Assembly: GCA_039029775.1 (NCBI GenBank)
Contig: JBCCFK010000001.1
Coordinates: 1 to 45,558 of the forward strand
Source: Actinomycetota bacterium
GTDB lineage: Bacteria > Actinomycetota > Acidimicrobiia > Acidimicrobiales > UBA8592
DNA: 45,558 bases
Direction: 5' to 3'
Shown here: piece after piece, positions 8,582 through 17,348 of the stretch
How the letters are laid out: every line of letters begins with the position of its first letter
How positions within the stretch are numbered: position 1 is the stretch's first letter
Notes under the pieces: generated by a model
Database searches by the model: none
What the model saw: only the letters and a program-made list of their open reading frames with translations
Told to the model about the DNA's origin: nothing
Program-made: the position numbers and the translations under genes

Positions 8582-9340
8582 TCATCTCTCGCCGACGAAC
8601 TCCAGCACGGCGTCGTTGAACGCATCGGCCTGTTCGACGTTGATCGAGTGGCCGCCCTCGAGCTCGACGAGGCGGAAGTCGGGGATGCGTTCGGCGGCGG
8701 TGGGGACGTGCTCCTGGAAGGCCGACTCCCAGCGTCCGTTGACCAGCATCGTGGGCACGGTCAGGTCACCGAGCTGGTCGAGCGAATGCCAGGCGTTGCG
8801 CCACCGGGTGATGCCCATCGCCGCAGCCGGGTCCATGGCGTCTGCGGCGGCGACCATCGCGGCCTTCACGTCATCGGGGAACCGCTTGGCGTTGATCGGG
8901 TGCATCGGGAGGTCGCGCAGGTCGGTGATCTCGGGGCCCGGGGGAGCGGGGGCGTCGGAGCGGGCTCGGCGGCGCGCGATGCCGAAGGCGGCTCGCGAGT
9001 TGGTGAAGACCAGGCCTCTGGCCCGGTCGGCGTGGGCCAGGACGTACTGGATGGCGATGGCGCCGCCGAGCGACTGCCCGATGACCCACCAGGTGTCGAT
9101 GCCGGCGTCGGTCCGGATCGATTCGATGGCCGTCATGATGGCCTCGGGTCGGTACCCGTCGTCGTCTGCGGGCACGGGGGAGTGGCCGTGGCCGGGCAGC
9201 TCCACCATGTGGAGATGCAGCCGCTCGCCGAGGGCGTCGCGGTTGGACATCCACTGCGCGTTGCTGGACATGAAGCCGTGGATGAGGACCGCTGGGGGGC
9301 CGTCGGGGTTGCCGGCGACCTCGACGTTCAGCGCGGTCAC
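8582..9340 (-). CDS. Alpha/beta hydrolase fold protein
   Basis: ORF 8582..9340: ...PPAVLIHGFMSS...GHGHS...VIGQSLGGAIA (GxSxG nucleophile elbow)...GGHSINVEQ. The GTG start overlaps the TetR stop (GTGA at 9337-9340). Confidence 0.9.
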   Translation of the reverse strand: MTALNVEVAGNPDGPPAVLIHGFMSSNAQWMSNRDALGERLHLHMVELPGHGHSPVPADDDGYRPEAIMTAIESIRTDAGIDTWWVIGQSLGGAIAIQYVLAHADRARGLVFTNSRAAFGIARRRARSDAPAPPGPEITDLRDLPMHPINAKRFPDDVKAAMVAAADAMDPAAAMGITRWRNAWHSLDQLGDLTVPTMLVNGRWESAFQEHVPTAAERIPDFRLVELEGGHSINVEQADAFNDAVLEFVGER

Positions 9341-9924
9341 GTCGAGGAGTCGCTGAGCGCCTCTGCGAGGGCGATGACCTCGTCGGCGAGCCCGGGGCCG
9401 TCGACGCCGGACTGGAACGAGATGCGATGCAGGGCCAGCGCCGGGGTGAGCTCGGCGAGGGTGTCGAGGAACGGGTTGTCCTCACCCATGATGCGGGCGA
9501 GCACATTGCGGTAGAAGTCGACGTTGTAGCGCTCGTGCACGGCGTCCGCGATCACGGGGTGCGTGCGCATCGCCGCGATCATGCCCGGCAGCATGTCGGG
9601 GTCGCCGTAGTACTCCATGGCCTTGCCCTCGATCAGGTTGCGCAGATCGGCGACCGGGTCGTCGGACACGTCGGCCTCGGGCTCGTCCATGGTCCGGATC
9701 GCCTCGGCCACGAGGTCTTCCTTGGTCTTCCAGCGGCGGTAGATCGCACCGGTGCCCGAGCAGGCGCGATCGGCGACGTCCTGGATCCGCAGCTTGTCGT
9801 AGCCCGTCTCCATCAGGATCTCGGTGGCGGCGTCGAGGATCGCCGTCGTGCGTTCGTCGTCTTGGGGCCGACCACGCGAAGCCGCAGGTCGGCGGCGGTT
9901 TTCGGTGGTGTCGGGTTCGGTCAT
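9337..9924 (-). CDS. TetR/AcrR family transcriptional regulator
   Basis: ORF 9337..9924. HTH region: TTAILDAATEILMETGYDKLRIQDVADRACSGTGAIYRRWKTKEDL. Confidence 0.9.
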   Translation of the reverse strand: MTEPDTTENRRRPAASRGRPQDDERTTAILDAATEILMETGYDKLRIQDVADRACSGTGAIYRRWKTKEDLVAEAIRTMDEPEADVSDDPVADLRNLIEGKAMEYYGDPDMLPGMIAAMRTHPVIADAVHERYNVDFYRNVLARIMGEDNPFLDTLAELTPALALHRISFQSGVDGPGLADEVIALAEALSDSST

Positions 9925-9951
9925 GGTGTGAAACCTATCACAGAAGTCTTG

Positions 9952-10014
9952 ATTTCCGGAAATGATTGTTTACGATACGGAACAACAGTTTCCGGAAGTA
10001 GTTATTTCCGGTAA
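9952..10014. promoter_or_regulatory. Three TTTCCGG(A/T)AA operator-like motifs in the TetR/MFS divergent intergenic region
   Basis: ATTTCCGGAAAT (9952-9963, perfect 12-bp palindrome), TTTCCGGAA (9989-9997) and ATTTCCGGTAA (10004-10014), all within an AT-richer 141-bp spacer. Confidence 0.6.
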
Positions 10015-10065
10015 GAGCGAATCCCAGAAGATACCCACTCGCCCCCTGAGACGAAGAAGACGACG

Positions 10066-11667
10066 ATGGACACACCCTCTCTCCACGACACCGCAATCGA
10101 CACCGAACCCAAGACCGACGTCGAGACCACCGCCTCGCAGCGCCGCTGGATCCTGATCGCCACCTGCCTCGCGCTGCTGGCGATCATGGTCTCGGTCTCG
10201 GGCCTCAACGTCGCCCAGGGCGCACTCGCTGCCGATCTCGGCGCCAGCCAGGGCGAGCTGCTCTGGATCATCAACGGCTTCACGGTCGCCCTGGCCGCCA
10301 GCCTCCTGCCCCTCGGGGCGCTCGGCGACCGGATCGGGCGCAAGAGCGTCCTGGTCGTCGGCACCACGGCCTTCGCTGCGTTGAACGTGGCGTCGGCCTT
10401 CGCCGACAGCGCCGGCTTGCTCATCGGCCTGCGGGTCGCGATGGGTGTGAGCGCGGCGCTCGTGATGCCCGCCACGCTGTCGACGATCACCGCAGCCTTC
10501 CCGCCCGAGGAGCGGGGTCGAGCCGTCGGCGTCTGGACCGGCGTGGCCGGTGGCGGTGGCGTGATCGGCCTGATCAGCTCGGCGATCCTCGTCGACAACG
10601 TCTCCTGGCCGTGGGTCTTCGCCGCCCCGATCGGCATCGCCCTGATCTCGCTGGCGATCACCATCCCGATGGTGCCCAACACCCAGGAGATCGCCGAAGG
10701 TGCCTTCGACCGCATCGGTTCGCTGCTGTCGGTCCTCGCCGTCGGCGGCATCGTGCTCGCCATCCACGAGGGTCCCGAGCAGGGCTGGACCGCCGCCATC
10801 ACCGTCGCCGCCGCCGTCGTCGGCGTGCTCGCTCTGATCGGCTTCATCGCCTGGGAGCGCCGTCAGGCCGCCCCGCTGCTCGACGTCAGCGTCTTCACCA
10901 ACCGGGTCCTGTCGGCTGGCGCCCTGTCGCTCACTGTCATGTTCGCCCTGATCATCGGGATGTTCCTGGTGATGATCCAGTTCCTCCAGGCCGTCCTCGA
11001 GTTCAGCGCCATCCGGGCCTCCGTCGCCCTCCTGCCGATGATCGTGGTGCTCATGGCCATCGCTCCGATCGCCCCGTCGATCTCCCAGCGCTTCGGCTAC
11101 CGGAACACCATGACCGCTTCGCTGTTCGTCGTCGCCGGTGCCCTGGGGTGGCTGGCGCTCGTGCCCGAGGCGCCGAGCTACATGGACGTGGCCCCGGCGC
11201 TGGTCGTGCTCGGCCTGGCACTCGGTGTCGCCATGACGCCGTCGACCACGGCGATCACCGAGTCGCTCCCCGCCGAGAAGCAGGGTGTGGCCTCGGCGCT
11301 CAACGACACCGTCCGCGAGCTCGGCGGCGCCATCGGCGTGGCCCTGATCGGTTCGATGCTCGCCGCCGGCTACCGCTCCAGCGTGGCCGACACCGCCGAG
11401 ACGCTCGATCCCGAGCTGGCCCACCTGGTCGAGGAGGGCATCGGTGGTGCGTTCGTCGCCGCTCAGCAGGCGGGCCCGGCCGGTGGCGGGATCATCACCA
11501 GCGCCCAGTCGGCGTTCCTCGAAGGCTGGGGTCCCGCCATGTGGCTGGCCGCCGGCATCGCCGCAGCGACCGCCCTGGTCGCCTACCGGATCATCCCGGC
11601 CGACGCCGACGCCTCGGTGTCGCCGCTGCCTGAGCGCACCGACGACCGGGACCTCGTCGCCGCCTGA
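10066..11667 (+). CDS. MFS transporter, DHA2 (EmrB/QacA-like, 14-TMS) drug:H+ antiporter family
   Basis: ORF 10066..11667: ...LIATCLALLAIMVSVSGLNVAQ...LLPLGALGDRIGRKSVLVVG (MFS motif A)... It is long and hydrophobic throughout. Confidence 0.9.
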   Translation: MDTPSLHDTAIDTEPKTDVETTASQRRWILIATCLALLAIMVSVSGLNVAQGALAADLGASQGELLWIINGFTVALAASLLPLGALGDRIGRKSVLVVGTTAFAALNVASAFADSAGLLIGLRVAMGVSAALVMPATLSTITAAFPPEERGRAVGVWTGVAGGGGVIGLISSAILVDNVSWPWVFAAPIGIALISLAITIPMVPNTQEIAEGAFDRIGSLLSVLAVGGIVLAIHEGPEQGWTAAITVAAAVVGVLALIGFIAWERRQAAPLLDVSVFTNRVLSAGALSLTVMFALIIGMFLVMIQFLQAVLEFSAIRASVALLPMIVVLMAIAPIAPSISQRFGYRNTMTASLFVVAGALGWLALVPEAPSYMDVAPALVVLGLALGVAMTPSTTAITESLPAEKQGVASALNDTVRELGGAIGVALIGSMLAAGYRSSVADTAETLDPELAHLVEEGIGGAFVAAQQAGPAGGGIITSAQSAFLEGWGPAMWLAAGIAAATALVAYRIIPADADASVSPLPERTDDRDLVAA

Positions 11668-11764
11668 TCGTCCCGCTCGGCGACGAATGTCGCCCGGCCC
11701 GCGCCCGTCGGCGCCCGGTTCGTCCGGTGCGCCGACGCTGCGCGTCCGGTCGGCGGGCGATCGG

Positions 11765-12484
11765 CTAGGAGTAGTCGGCCAGGTTGCGGAGCATGTGGGC
11801 GGCACCGTGCGGCTGGTTGATCGCCGCGTGCTCGCCGTACATCTGCTCCTTCTGCCACCGGTAGTTGTCCCGGTTCGCGGCGAGGTGTGCGAGCGACGCG
11901 GCTCGCTCGATGCTCGCCTCGCGGACGTGCTCGTGCGGGACGGCCGACTCGACGAACCCTGCGGCCACCGCGTCGGGCGCCGTCCAGCGCTTGGCCAGCA
12001 GCACCGTCTGGTGGAAGGCGGATGCCGACAGCTTGTGCTTGAACAGCGCCACCTCGGGGATCGGCACCGTCAGGCCGATCTCGAGTTCGTTTGCACACAG
12101 AAAGCCCCGGTCCTCGCGCATGATCCGCACGTCGTGGCACAGCGCCGACATGAACCCGGCGCCGAAGCCGTGGCCGTTGACCGCACACACCGTGGGCACC
12201 GGCAGGGTGATGATGCGCCCCATGAGTTCCATGAACTCGGTGCCGAAGGTCTTCCGGTCGCCGCCGGGGTGATCGGGGTCGGAGCCCATGATCCAGTCGA
12301 CGTCGAGGCCGTTGGAGAAGAACTTCTCGTGAGCGGACGCGGTGACCATCGCCGCCGGACCGTCGGAGGCCTCGACCTCGTCGATCGCCTTGGCGAACTC
12401 CCGAGTGAAGGTGGTGGTCCACCGGTTCTCGCCGTCCACCATGGTGAGGACGAAGACGTTGTCGTGCCGCTCGAGTTCGATCAT
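11765..12484 (-). CDS. Enoyl-CoA hydratase/isomerase (crotonase) family protein
   Basis: ORF 11765..12484: MIELERHDNVFVLTM...FFSNGLDVDW...PTVCAVNGHGFGAGFMSALCHDVRIM. Confidence 0.85.
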   Translation of the reverse strand: MIELERHDNVFVLTMVDGENRWTTTFTREFAKAIDEVEASDGPAAMVTASAHEKFFSNGLDVDWIMGSDPDHPGGDRKTFGTEFMELMGRIITLPVPTVCAVNGHGFGAGFMSALCHDVRIMREDRGFLCANELEIGLTVPIPEVALFKHKLSASAFHQTVLLAKRWTAPDAVAAGFVESAVPHEHVREASIERAASLAHLAANRDNYRWQKEQMYGEHAAINQPHGAAHMLRNLADYS

Positions 12485-12495
12485 GCCGGCAGGCT

Positions 12496-12536
12496 AGTTG
12501 GCGCGCTTTCCGGTCAGACCACGAAGCGCGCCAACT
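12496..12536 (-). promoter_or_regulatory. 13-bp perfect inverted repeat AGTTGGCGCGCTT / AAGCGCGCCAACT (15-nt loop) between the tauD-like stop and the crotonase start
   Basis: Read directly from the sequence. It lies 22 nt below the stop at 12558 and 12 nt above the ATG at 12484. It could be a terminator, attenuator or protein-binding site. Confidence 0.5.
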
Positions 12537-12557
12537 CGGGCACGCCCGTCCTGAGGC

Positions 12558-13400
12558 TCAGACCGGCCGGTCGCCCTTGACGGTGATGCGGCGCATGCGG
12601 CGGCTGTGGCCCGCGAAGTCGAACAGGGCGTGGTGCTGGACGCTGCGGTTGTCCCACATGGTCAGGGTCCCCGGCTCCCAGCGCACCCGGCAGGTGAAGC
12701 GCTCGTGCACCGCGTGGTCCCACAGGAACCGCAGGAGGGCGTTCGATTCGGGTGGCGTCATCCCGACGATGCGGGTCGTGAACGCCTGGTTCACGTAGAG
12801 GCCCCTGCGCCCGGTCTCGGGATGCGTTCGCACGACCGGATGCTCGACGCGAGTCGAGGCCAGGTCGGCGTTCTTGGTCTTCATGTCCTTGTTGACCGTC
12901 GACTGGCCCCGTGCGCCGTACTGACGCTCGGCCGAGTGGACGGCGACCAGGCCGTCGAGCATCCCCTTCATCGTGTCACTCAGCGCGTCGTAGGCCGCAT
13001 GCTGGTTGGCGAACAGGGTGTCGCCGCCCACGGGCGGCAGCTCGACGGCATAGAGGATCGAGCCGAGGTCGGGCTGGTCGAGGAACGTGACGTCGGTGTG
13101 CCAGCCGCCGCCGAAGTTGATCTTGTCGTCGGCTCGCGTGACGACGTCGAGGATCTCCGGATGCTCAGCGTTCATCTCGACGTACGGGTGCTCATCGAGG
13201 TCGCCGAACCGGTGACCGAACGCGATCTGCTCGGCCGGTGACAGGTCCTGGTTGCGGAACACCAGGACGTGGTGGTCGAGGAAGGCTCGGTGCACGGCGA
13301 CGAAGCCGTCGTCGTCCAGCGCTCGGAGATCGAGCCCGAACACCTCGGCACCGATCAGCCCCGAGAGCGGCCGCAGATCCAGTTGCGTCGTCGTGGTCAC
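12558..13400 (-). CDS. TauD/TfdA family Fe(II)/2-oxoglutarate-dependent dioxygenase
   Basis: ORF 12558..13400: ...FLDHHVLVFRNQDLSPAEQIAFGHRFG...GGGWHTDVTF (HxD iron ligands)...GDTLFAN...VEHPVVRTHPETG...WDNRSVQHHA...RRMRRITV. Confidence 0.92.
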   Translation of the reverse strand: MTTTTQLDLRPLSGLIGAEVFGLDLRALDDDGFVAVHRAFLDHHVLVFRNQDLSPAEQIAFGHRFGDLDEHPYVEMNAEHPEILDVVTRADDKINFGGGWHTDVTFLDQPDLGSILYAVELPPVGGDTLFANQHAAYDALSDTMKGMLDGLVAVHSAERQYGARGQSTVNKDMKTKNADLASTRVEHPVVRTHPETGRRGLYVNQAFTTRIVGMTPPESNALLRFLWDHAVHERFTCRVRWEPGTLTMWDNRSVQHHALFDFAGHSRRMRRITVKGDRPV

Positions 13401-13410
13401 GCTCCCGAGG

Positions 13411-14388
13411 TTACGTTCCCGGAATGGCGGTGGCCACGGGGTCGAGGCGTGCGCGGCTGGGCGGGTGGCCCATGACCCGCTTGTAGGCCCGGCTGAACGC
13501 AGCCTCGGATCCGTACCCCAGGCGCATCGCCACGTCGAAGACCGACAGGTCCTCCGTGCGGAGGATGTCGGTGGCCACGTGCATGCGCCACTCGGTCACG
13601 TAGTGCATGGGCGACTGGCCGACCAGGTCGGTGAAGCGGGCCGAGAACGCCGAGCGGGACATCGCGCATTCGGCTGCCATCGCCGCCACGGTCCAGTCGC
13701 GGTCGGGGGAGCGGTGGACCATGGCGATGGCATGGCCGATCGCCGGATCCCGCAGGGCCCCGAGCCAGCCCTGGTGGGCCTCCGGTGTGGTGTCCAGCCA
13801 AGACCGGATGGCCTGGATGACGAGGATGTCGCTCAGTCGGGTGACGACGGCCTCGCCGCCGGGTTGGGGGTCTCGCGTCTCGGCCGCCATCAGCGACAGG
13901 AGACCGCCGAACCACGGCCAGCCGGTTTCGGCTGTGGCCCCTCTCACGTGGATGACGTCGGGGAGCATGGCGACGAGGAACCGCGCCGCCGGGTGGCCGA
14001 ACTGGACGAGGCCGCAGATCAGGTCGGTCGGGCTGCCGCCGCCGCCGTGGCGGAGCACGGCGTACTGACGGCTGATGTAGTCGTGCGGGAGGTCGAACAC
14101 GATCGGCGTCGGGGTCCGGTCGATGTCCCAGGCGGTGTGGCCGCCGCCTCTCGGGAGCACGACCACGTCGCCCTGCGACAGCAGATGCTCCGTGCCGACG
14201 TTGTCGCGCATGGTGAACGTGCCCTCGGTGACCACGTGGAACCAGATGCAGTCCTCCATCTCGGGCAGGTGGATGCCCCACGGCTGCGTCAGCTCGGACC
14301 GGCAGTAGAAGACGCCCTCCATGCGGAGGAAGTGCAGGGCCTCGGCCAGCGGGTCGGCGATCAGCGGGATCTCGTGTGGGGCATCCAT
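13411..14388 (-). CDS. AraC family transcriptional regulator with N-terminal cupin-like sensor domain
   Basis: ORF 13411..14388. The C-terminal HTH pair reads ...AAECAMSRSAFSARFTDLVGQSPMHYVTEWRMHVATDIL...VFDVAMRLGYGSEAAFSRAYKRVMG. Confidence 0.9.
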   Translation of the reverse strand: MDAPHEIPLIADPLAEALHFLRMEGVFYCRSELTQPWGIHLPEMEDCIWFHVVTEGTFTMRDNVGTEHLLSQGDVVVLPRGGGHTAWDIDRTPTPIVFDLPHDYISRQYAVLRHGGGGSPTDLICGLVQFGHPAARFLVAMLPDVIHVRGATAETGWPWFGGLLSLMAAETRDPQPGGEAVVTRLSDILVIQAIRSWLDTTPEAHQGWLGALRDPAIGHAIAMVHRSPDRDWTVAAMAAECAMSRSAFSARFTDLVGQSPMHYVTEWRMHVATDILRTEDLSVFDVAMRLGYGSEAAFSRAYKRVMGHPPSRARLDPVATAIPGT

Positions 14389-14391
14389 GGG

Positions 14392-14874
14392 TCAGTCCTC
14401 GATGACGGCGATGAGGGCGATGGTGAGGGCGGCCAGGTTGGCGACGGTCCGAGCGCCGTGCCATCGGTTCCACGGGCGCTCGTAGGTGACACGGGCCCGG
14501 TGGAGGTCGTCGTCGGTCGCATCGGCGAGCGGCACCCGGTCGAGGGCGTTGTTCAGCGGTACGTTGCCGCCGAAGGTCACGCCAAGCACGCCGACGAGGT
14601 ACGTGCCGCCGGCGGCGAGCAGCAGGCCACCGCGGCGGGTGTCGCCGCTGCGCCACTCGGCGATGCCGGCGACCGCCAGCAGCGCGGGGGTGAGGAGGAA
14701 CGGTCCGATGAAGCCGGGGTTGATGATCGCCCGGTTGATGTTCTGCATCGTGGTCACGTACACCCGGTCGGGGACGAGCCGCGTGCCGGGGATGACCGAG
14801 ACCGCCCAGGCGAACCAGAGGCCGGCCATCAGCGCGGTGCTGGCGACGGCGACGAAGGTGAGGGTGGCGGTCAT
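14392..14874 (-). CDS. DUF1772 (anthrone oxygenase-like) membrane protein
   Basis: ORF 14392..14874 with four hydrophobic segments. ...GLWFAWAVSVIP...MQNINRAIINPGF...GGNVPLNNAL...W..WHGARTV fits my recollection of DUF1772. Confidence 0.7.
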   Translation of the reverse strand: MTATLTFVAVASTALMAGLWFAWAVSVIPGTRLVPDRVYVTTMQNINRAIINPGFIGPFLLTPALLAVAGIAEWRSGDTRRGGLLLAAGGTYLVGVLGVTFGGNVPLNNALDRVPLADATDDDLHRARVTYERPWNRWHGARTVANLAALTIALIAVIED

Positions 14875-15431
14875 CGGACGTCCTCCGTGGTGTCTTGGAG
14901 ACGGAAGCTCGCGGCGCCGTGGTTGAGCGGATCGCGGATCAGGTCGATGGTGCGGGCGCCCGGGCCGTAGCTGTGGATCGTGCCGGTCGGGACGATCTCG
15001 ACGAACACGCCGTCGGCCATGTCCAGGGCGCCGTGGCCGGCGATGGCCTTCAGGTCGCCGCGCTCCACGAGGTCGATCACCTTCGCGTCGTCCATGGCGA
15101 CCAGCTCGGCCCGCGCCTGGAAGTGGATGGTGAACGGCGGACCGGCGGGGAGGCGCCGGAACGGGATCGAGACGGCGACGTGCGGATTGGCCACGGCGTT
15201 TCGTGCCTTGCGGCTGGTGGTCAAGGTGTGGATCCAGAGCGAGGAGCCGACCGCCGAGTAGACGACGCCGGCGACGTGGGGTCGACCGGCCGGCGAGACC
15301 GTGGCCAACGTGCAGAAGTCGCGCCTAGCGATGGTCTTCATGACCTTCCGCATGACTCGCTCGGCGGGCTTGTCTCGCAGGTCCGGGTCGTCGGTGAGGT
15401 TCGGGTTGCGTGGGGTGGTGATGGTTTCCAT
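14871..15431 (-). CDS. PPOX-class (pyridoxamine 5'-phosphate oxidase family) flavin/F420-binding protein
   Basis: C-terminal part of ORF 14871..16652: METITTPRN...IARRDFCTLATVSPAGRPHVAGVVYSAV...KARNAVANPHVAVSIP. The start is ATG 15431 (alternative GTG 15440). The stop overlaps the DUF1772 start by 4 nt (14871-14874). Confidence 0.8.
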   Translation of the reverse strand: METITTPRNPNLTDDPDLRDKPAERVMRKVMKTIARRDFCTLATVSPAGRPHVAGVVYSAVGSSLWIHTLTTSRKARNAVANPHVAVSIPFRRLPAGPPFTIHFQARAELVAMDDAKVIDLVERGDLKAIAGHGALDMADGVFVEIVPTGTIHSYGPGARTIDLIRDPLNHGAASFRLQDTTEDVR

Positions 15432-15511
15432 GGGCTTCACCCTGACGGCTCGTCGCCGGATGATGAATACCCAGAATGCCCGGATCCTTGATCGATCGTC
15501 CAGCGATCGGG

Positions 15512-16747
15512 TCAGTTCGGATCGGGGTCGCCGCCGAAGACCGCTCGCGCCGCCACGCCGACCGCCAGGGTGATGCCGCCGCCGACCAGGGCCGAGACGG
15601 GGAGCGAGAAGATCAGGACCACGCACCCGACGAGCCCGAGCAAAGCGATGCTCCGCGGCCAGCGCCGTTGGTCGGCGGTCAGGGTGAGGGCCGACGCGTT
15701 GGTGATGGCGTAGTAGGTGAGGATCGCCACGCCGGAGACGGCGATGGCGCTGCGCAGCTCGAGCACGAGGACGAGGACGATCACCACCGACGCCACGGTG
15801 AGCTCCGCTCGCAGCGGGAGGCTCCGCGCTCCGTCGACGTGGGCGTACCAGCTCGGGAGCTCGCGGTTTCGGGCCATGGCGAGCGTCGTCCGCGACACCC
15901 CTGGGATCAGGTTGAGCAGCACGCCGAGCGCCGCGATGCCTGCGCCCACTCGGATCACGCCCGACAGGCTGGAGTCGCCGACGAGTCGCAACGGCGCATC
16001 GGTGGCGGCCAGTGCGTCCGCGTCGACGGTGGCCAGGGCGGTGACCGCGACGACGGCGTAGAGCACCAGCACCGCGGCGAGCGCGCGGGGTACGGCCTTC
16101 GGGATCGTGACCTCGGGCTCTCGGACCTCCTCGCCCAGGGTGGCGATGCGCGCGTACCCGGCGAACGCGAAGAAGAGGAAGCCGGCGGACTGGAGGACGT
16201 CGTAGAGCGACCCGTCGATCGGTGTGAGTCGGTCGATGTCCGCGCCGTCGCCGGACCACCCGGTCACGACCACGAGGGTCAGGGCGGTGAGTGAGACGAC
16301 GAGCAGGATGCGGGTCACCGCCACGGTTCGACTCAGCCCGCCGATGTTGACCGCCGTGATGCCGACGACGGCGAGGATGGCGACGAGGCGTTCCTGCTCG
16401 GGCCAGAGGTACGCGCCGACCGTGAGCGCCATCGCCGCACATGACGCGGTCTTGCCGACGACGAAGCCCCAGCCGGCGAGGTGGCCCCACCGGAGGCCGA
16501 GCTGGCGCCGGCCGTAGACGTAGGTGCCGCCGGACTCGGGATGGATCGCCGCGAGCTGGGCGGAGGATGCCGCGTTGCAGAACGCGACGACGCCGGCGAT
16601 GACCAGTCCGATCAGGAGCCCGGTCCCGGCGGCTCTGGCTGCGGGAGCCCACGCGGCGAACACGCCGGCGCCGATCATCGAACCGGCTCCGATGATCACC
16701 GCATCGGACACGCCGAGTTCCCGTTTGAGGGTTCCGCTGGTCGCCAT
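15512..16747 (-). CDS. APC superfamily amino acid permease
   Basis: ORF 15512..16747: ...LKRELGVSDAVIIGAGSMIGAGVFAAWAPAA...NAASSAQLAAIHPESGGTYVYG... with about 12 hydrophobic segments. Confidence 0.9.
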   Translation of the reverse strand: MATSGTLKRELGVSDAVIIGAGSMIGAGVFAAWAPAARAAGTGLLIGLVIAGVVAFCNAASSAQLAAIHPESGGTYVYGRRQLGLRWGHLAGWGFVVGKTASCAAMALTVGAYLWPEQERLVAILAVVGITAVNIGGLSRTVAVTRILLVVSLTALTLVVVTGWSGDGADIDRLTPIDGSLYDVLQSAGFLFFAFAGYARIATLGEEVREPEVTIPKAVPRALAAVLVLYAVVAVTALATVDADALAATDAPLRLVGDSSLSGVIRVGAGIAALGVLLNLIPGVSRTTLAMARNRELPSWYAHVDGARSLPLRAELTVASVVIVLVLVLELRSAIAVSGVAILTYYAITNASALTLTADQRRWPRSIALLGLVGCVVLIFSLPVSALVGGGITLAVGVAARAVFGGDPDPN

Positions 16748-16823
16748 CGCTGGCTCACCCTAGGGCTCGGAGGCGGACGACCTGGTGTCCGGAGCGACTC
16801 GTCGTCAGGCGTTCACGCCGTCG

Positions 16824-17243
16824 TCACGCGGCCCTCACCGCGGACTCGGAGCGGCGCCAGTCCCACGCGACCAGCGCGGCGAGCAGCGCCGTGAGGGCGA
16901 AGGCGATCCAGGTCACGAACACGTTGGTGCCCGACTGCGCCCCGGCGTTGACGTCACCGGCCTGCATGACCAGCAACATGGCGATCGTGGTGACGACGAG
17001 GAAGCGGAGTCGGGTGACGAACGCCACGCTCATCACCACGAGGAGTGCCGTGTTCTTGCCGGCCCAGCTCCAGATCATGAACTCGTTGGCCGGGATGGGG
17101 ATGTCCATGCTCTCGAAGAACGAGGTCTGGTCGAACAGGGCGATGAAGCTCAACATCGCGTAGATCGCCATCAGGAGATAGCCGGGGGCGATGACGCTGA
17201 CGGGGAGGCGGGGTGTGGTGTGGGAGGCGTGGGAGTTCTGCAT
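16824..17243 (-). CDS. Hypothetical small integral membrane protein (about 4 TMS)
   Basis: Part of ORF 16824..17285. I prefer the ATG at 17243 (MQNSHASHTTPRLPVSVIAPGYLLMAIYAML...). It is strongly hydrophobic with a good GC3 pattern. No family assignment is possible by eye. Confidence 0.6.
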   Translation of the reverse strand: MQNSHASHTTPRLPVSVIAPGYLLMAIYAMLSFIALFDQTSFFESMDIPIPANEFMIWSWAGKNTALLVVMSVAFVTRLRFLVVTTIAMLLVMQAGDVNAGAQSGTNVFVTWIAFALTALLAALVAWDWRRSESAVRAA

Positions 17244-17252
17244 GCTGCGAAC

Positions 17253-17274
17253 TGTAGCGCTACAAAGTGTAGCG
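17253..17274. promoter_or_regulatory. Perfect 12-bp palindrome TGTAGCGCTACA plus an adjacent half-site TGTAGCG (candidate TetR operator)
   Basis: Palindrome at 17253-17264 and repeated half-site at 17268-17274. It lies in the 105-bp divergent spacer between the membrane protein gene and the TetR gene at 17349. Confidence 0.6.
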
Positions 17275-17348
17275 GCAAGTGGCACGGGGCTTCAGGAGCG
17301 ACGCCGGATAAACGATCCGATTCGTATCGAGGCGGGTAGCGTCGGATC

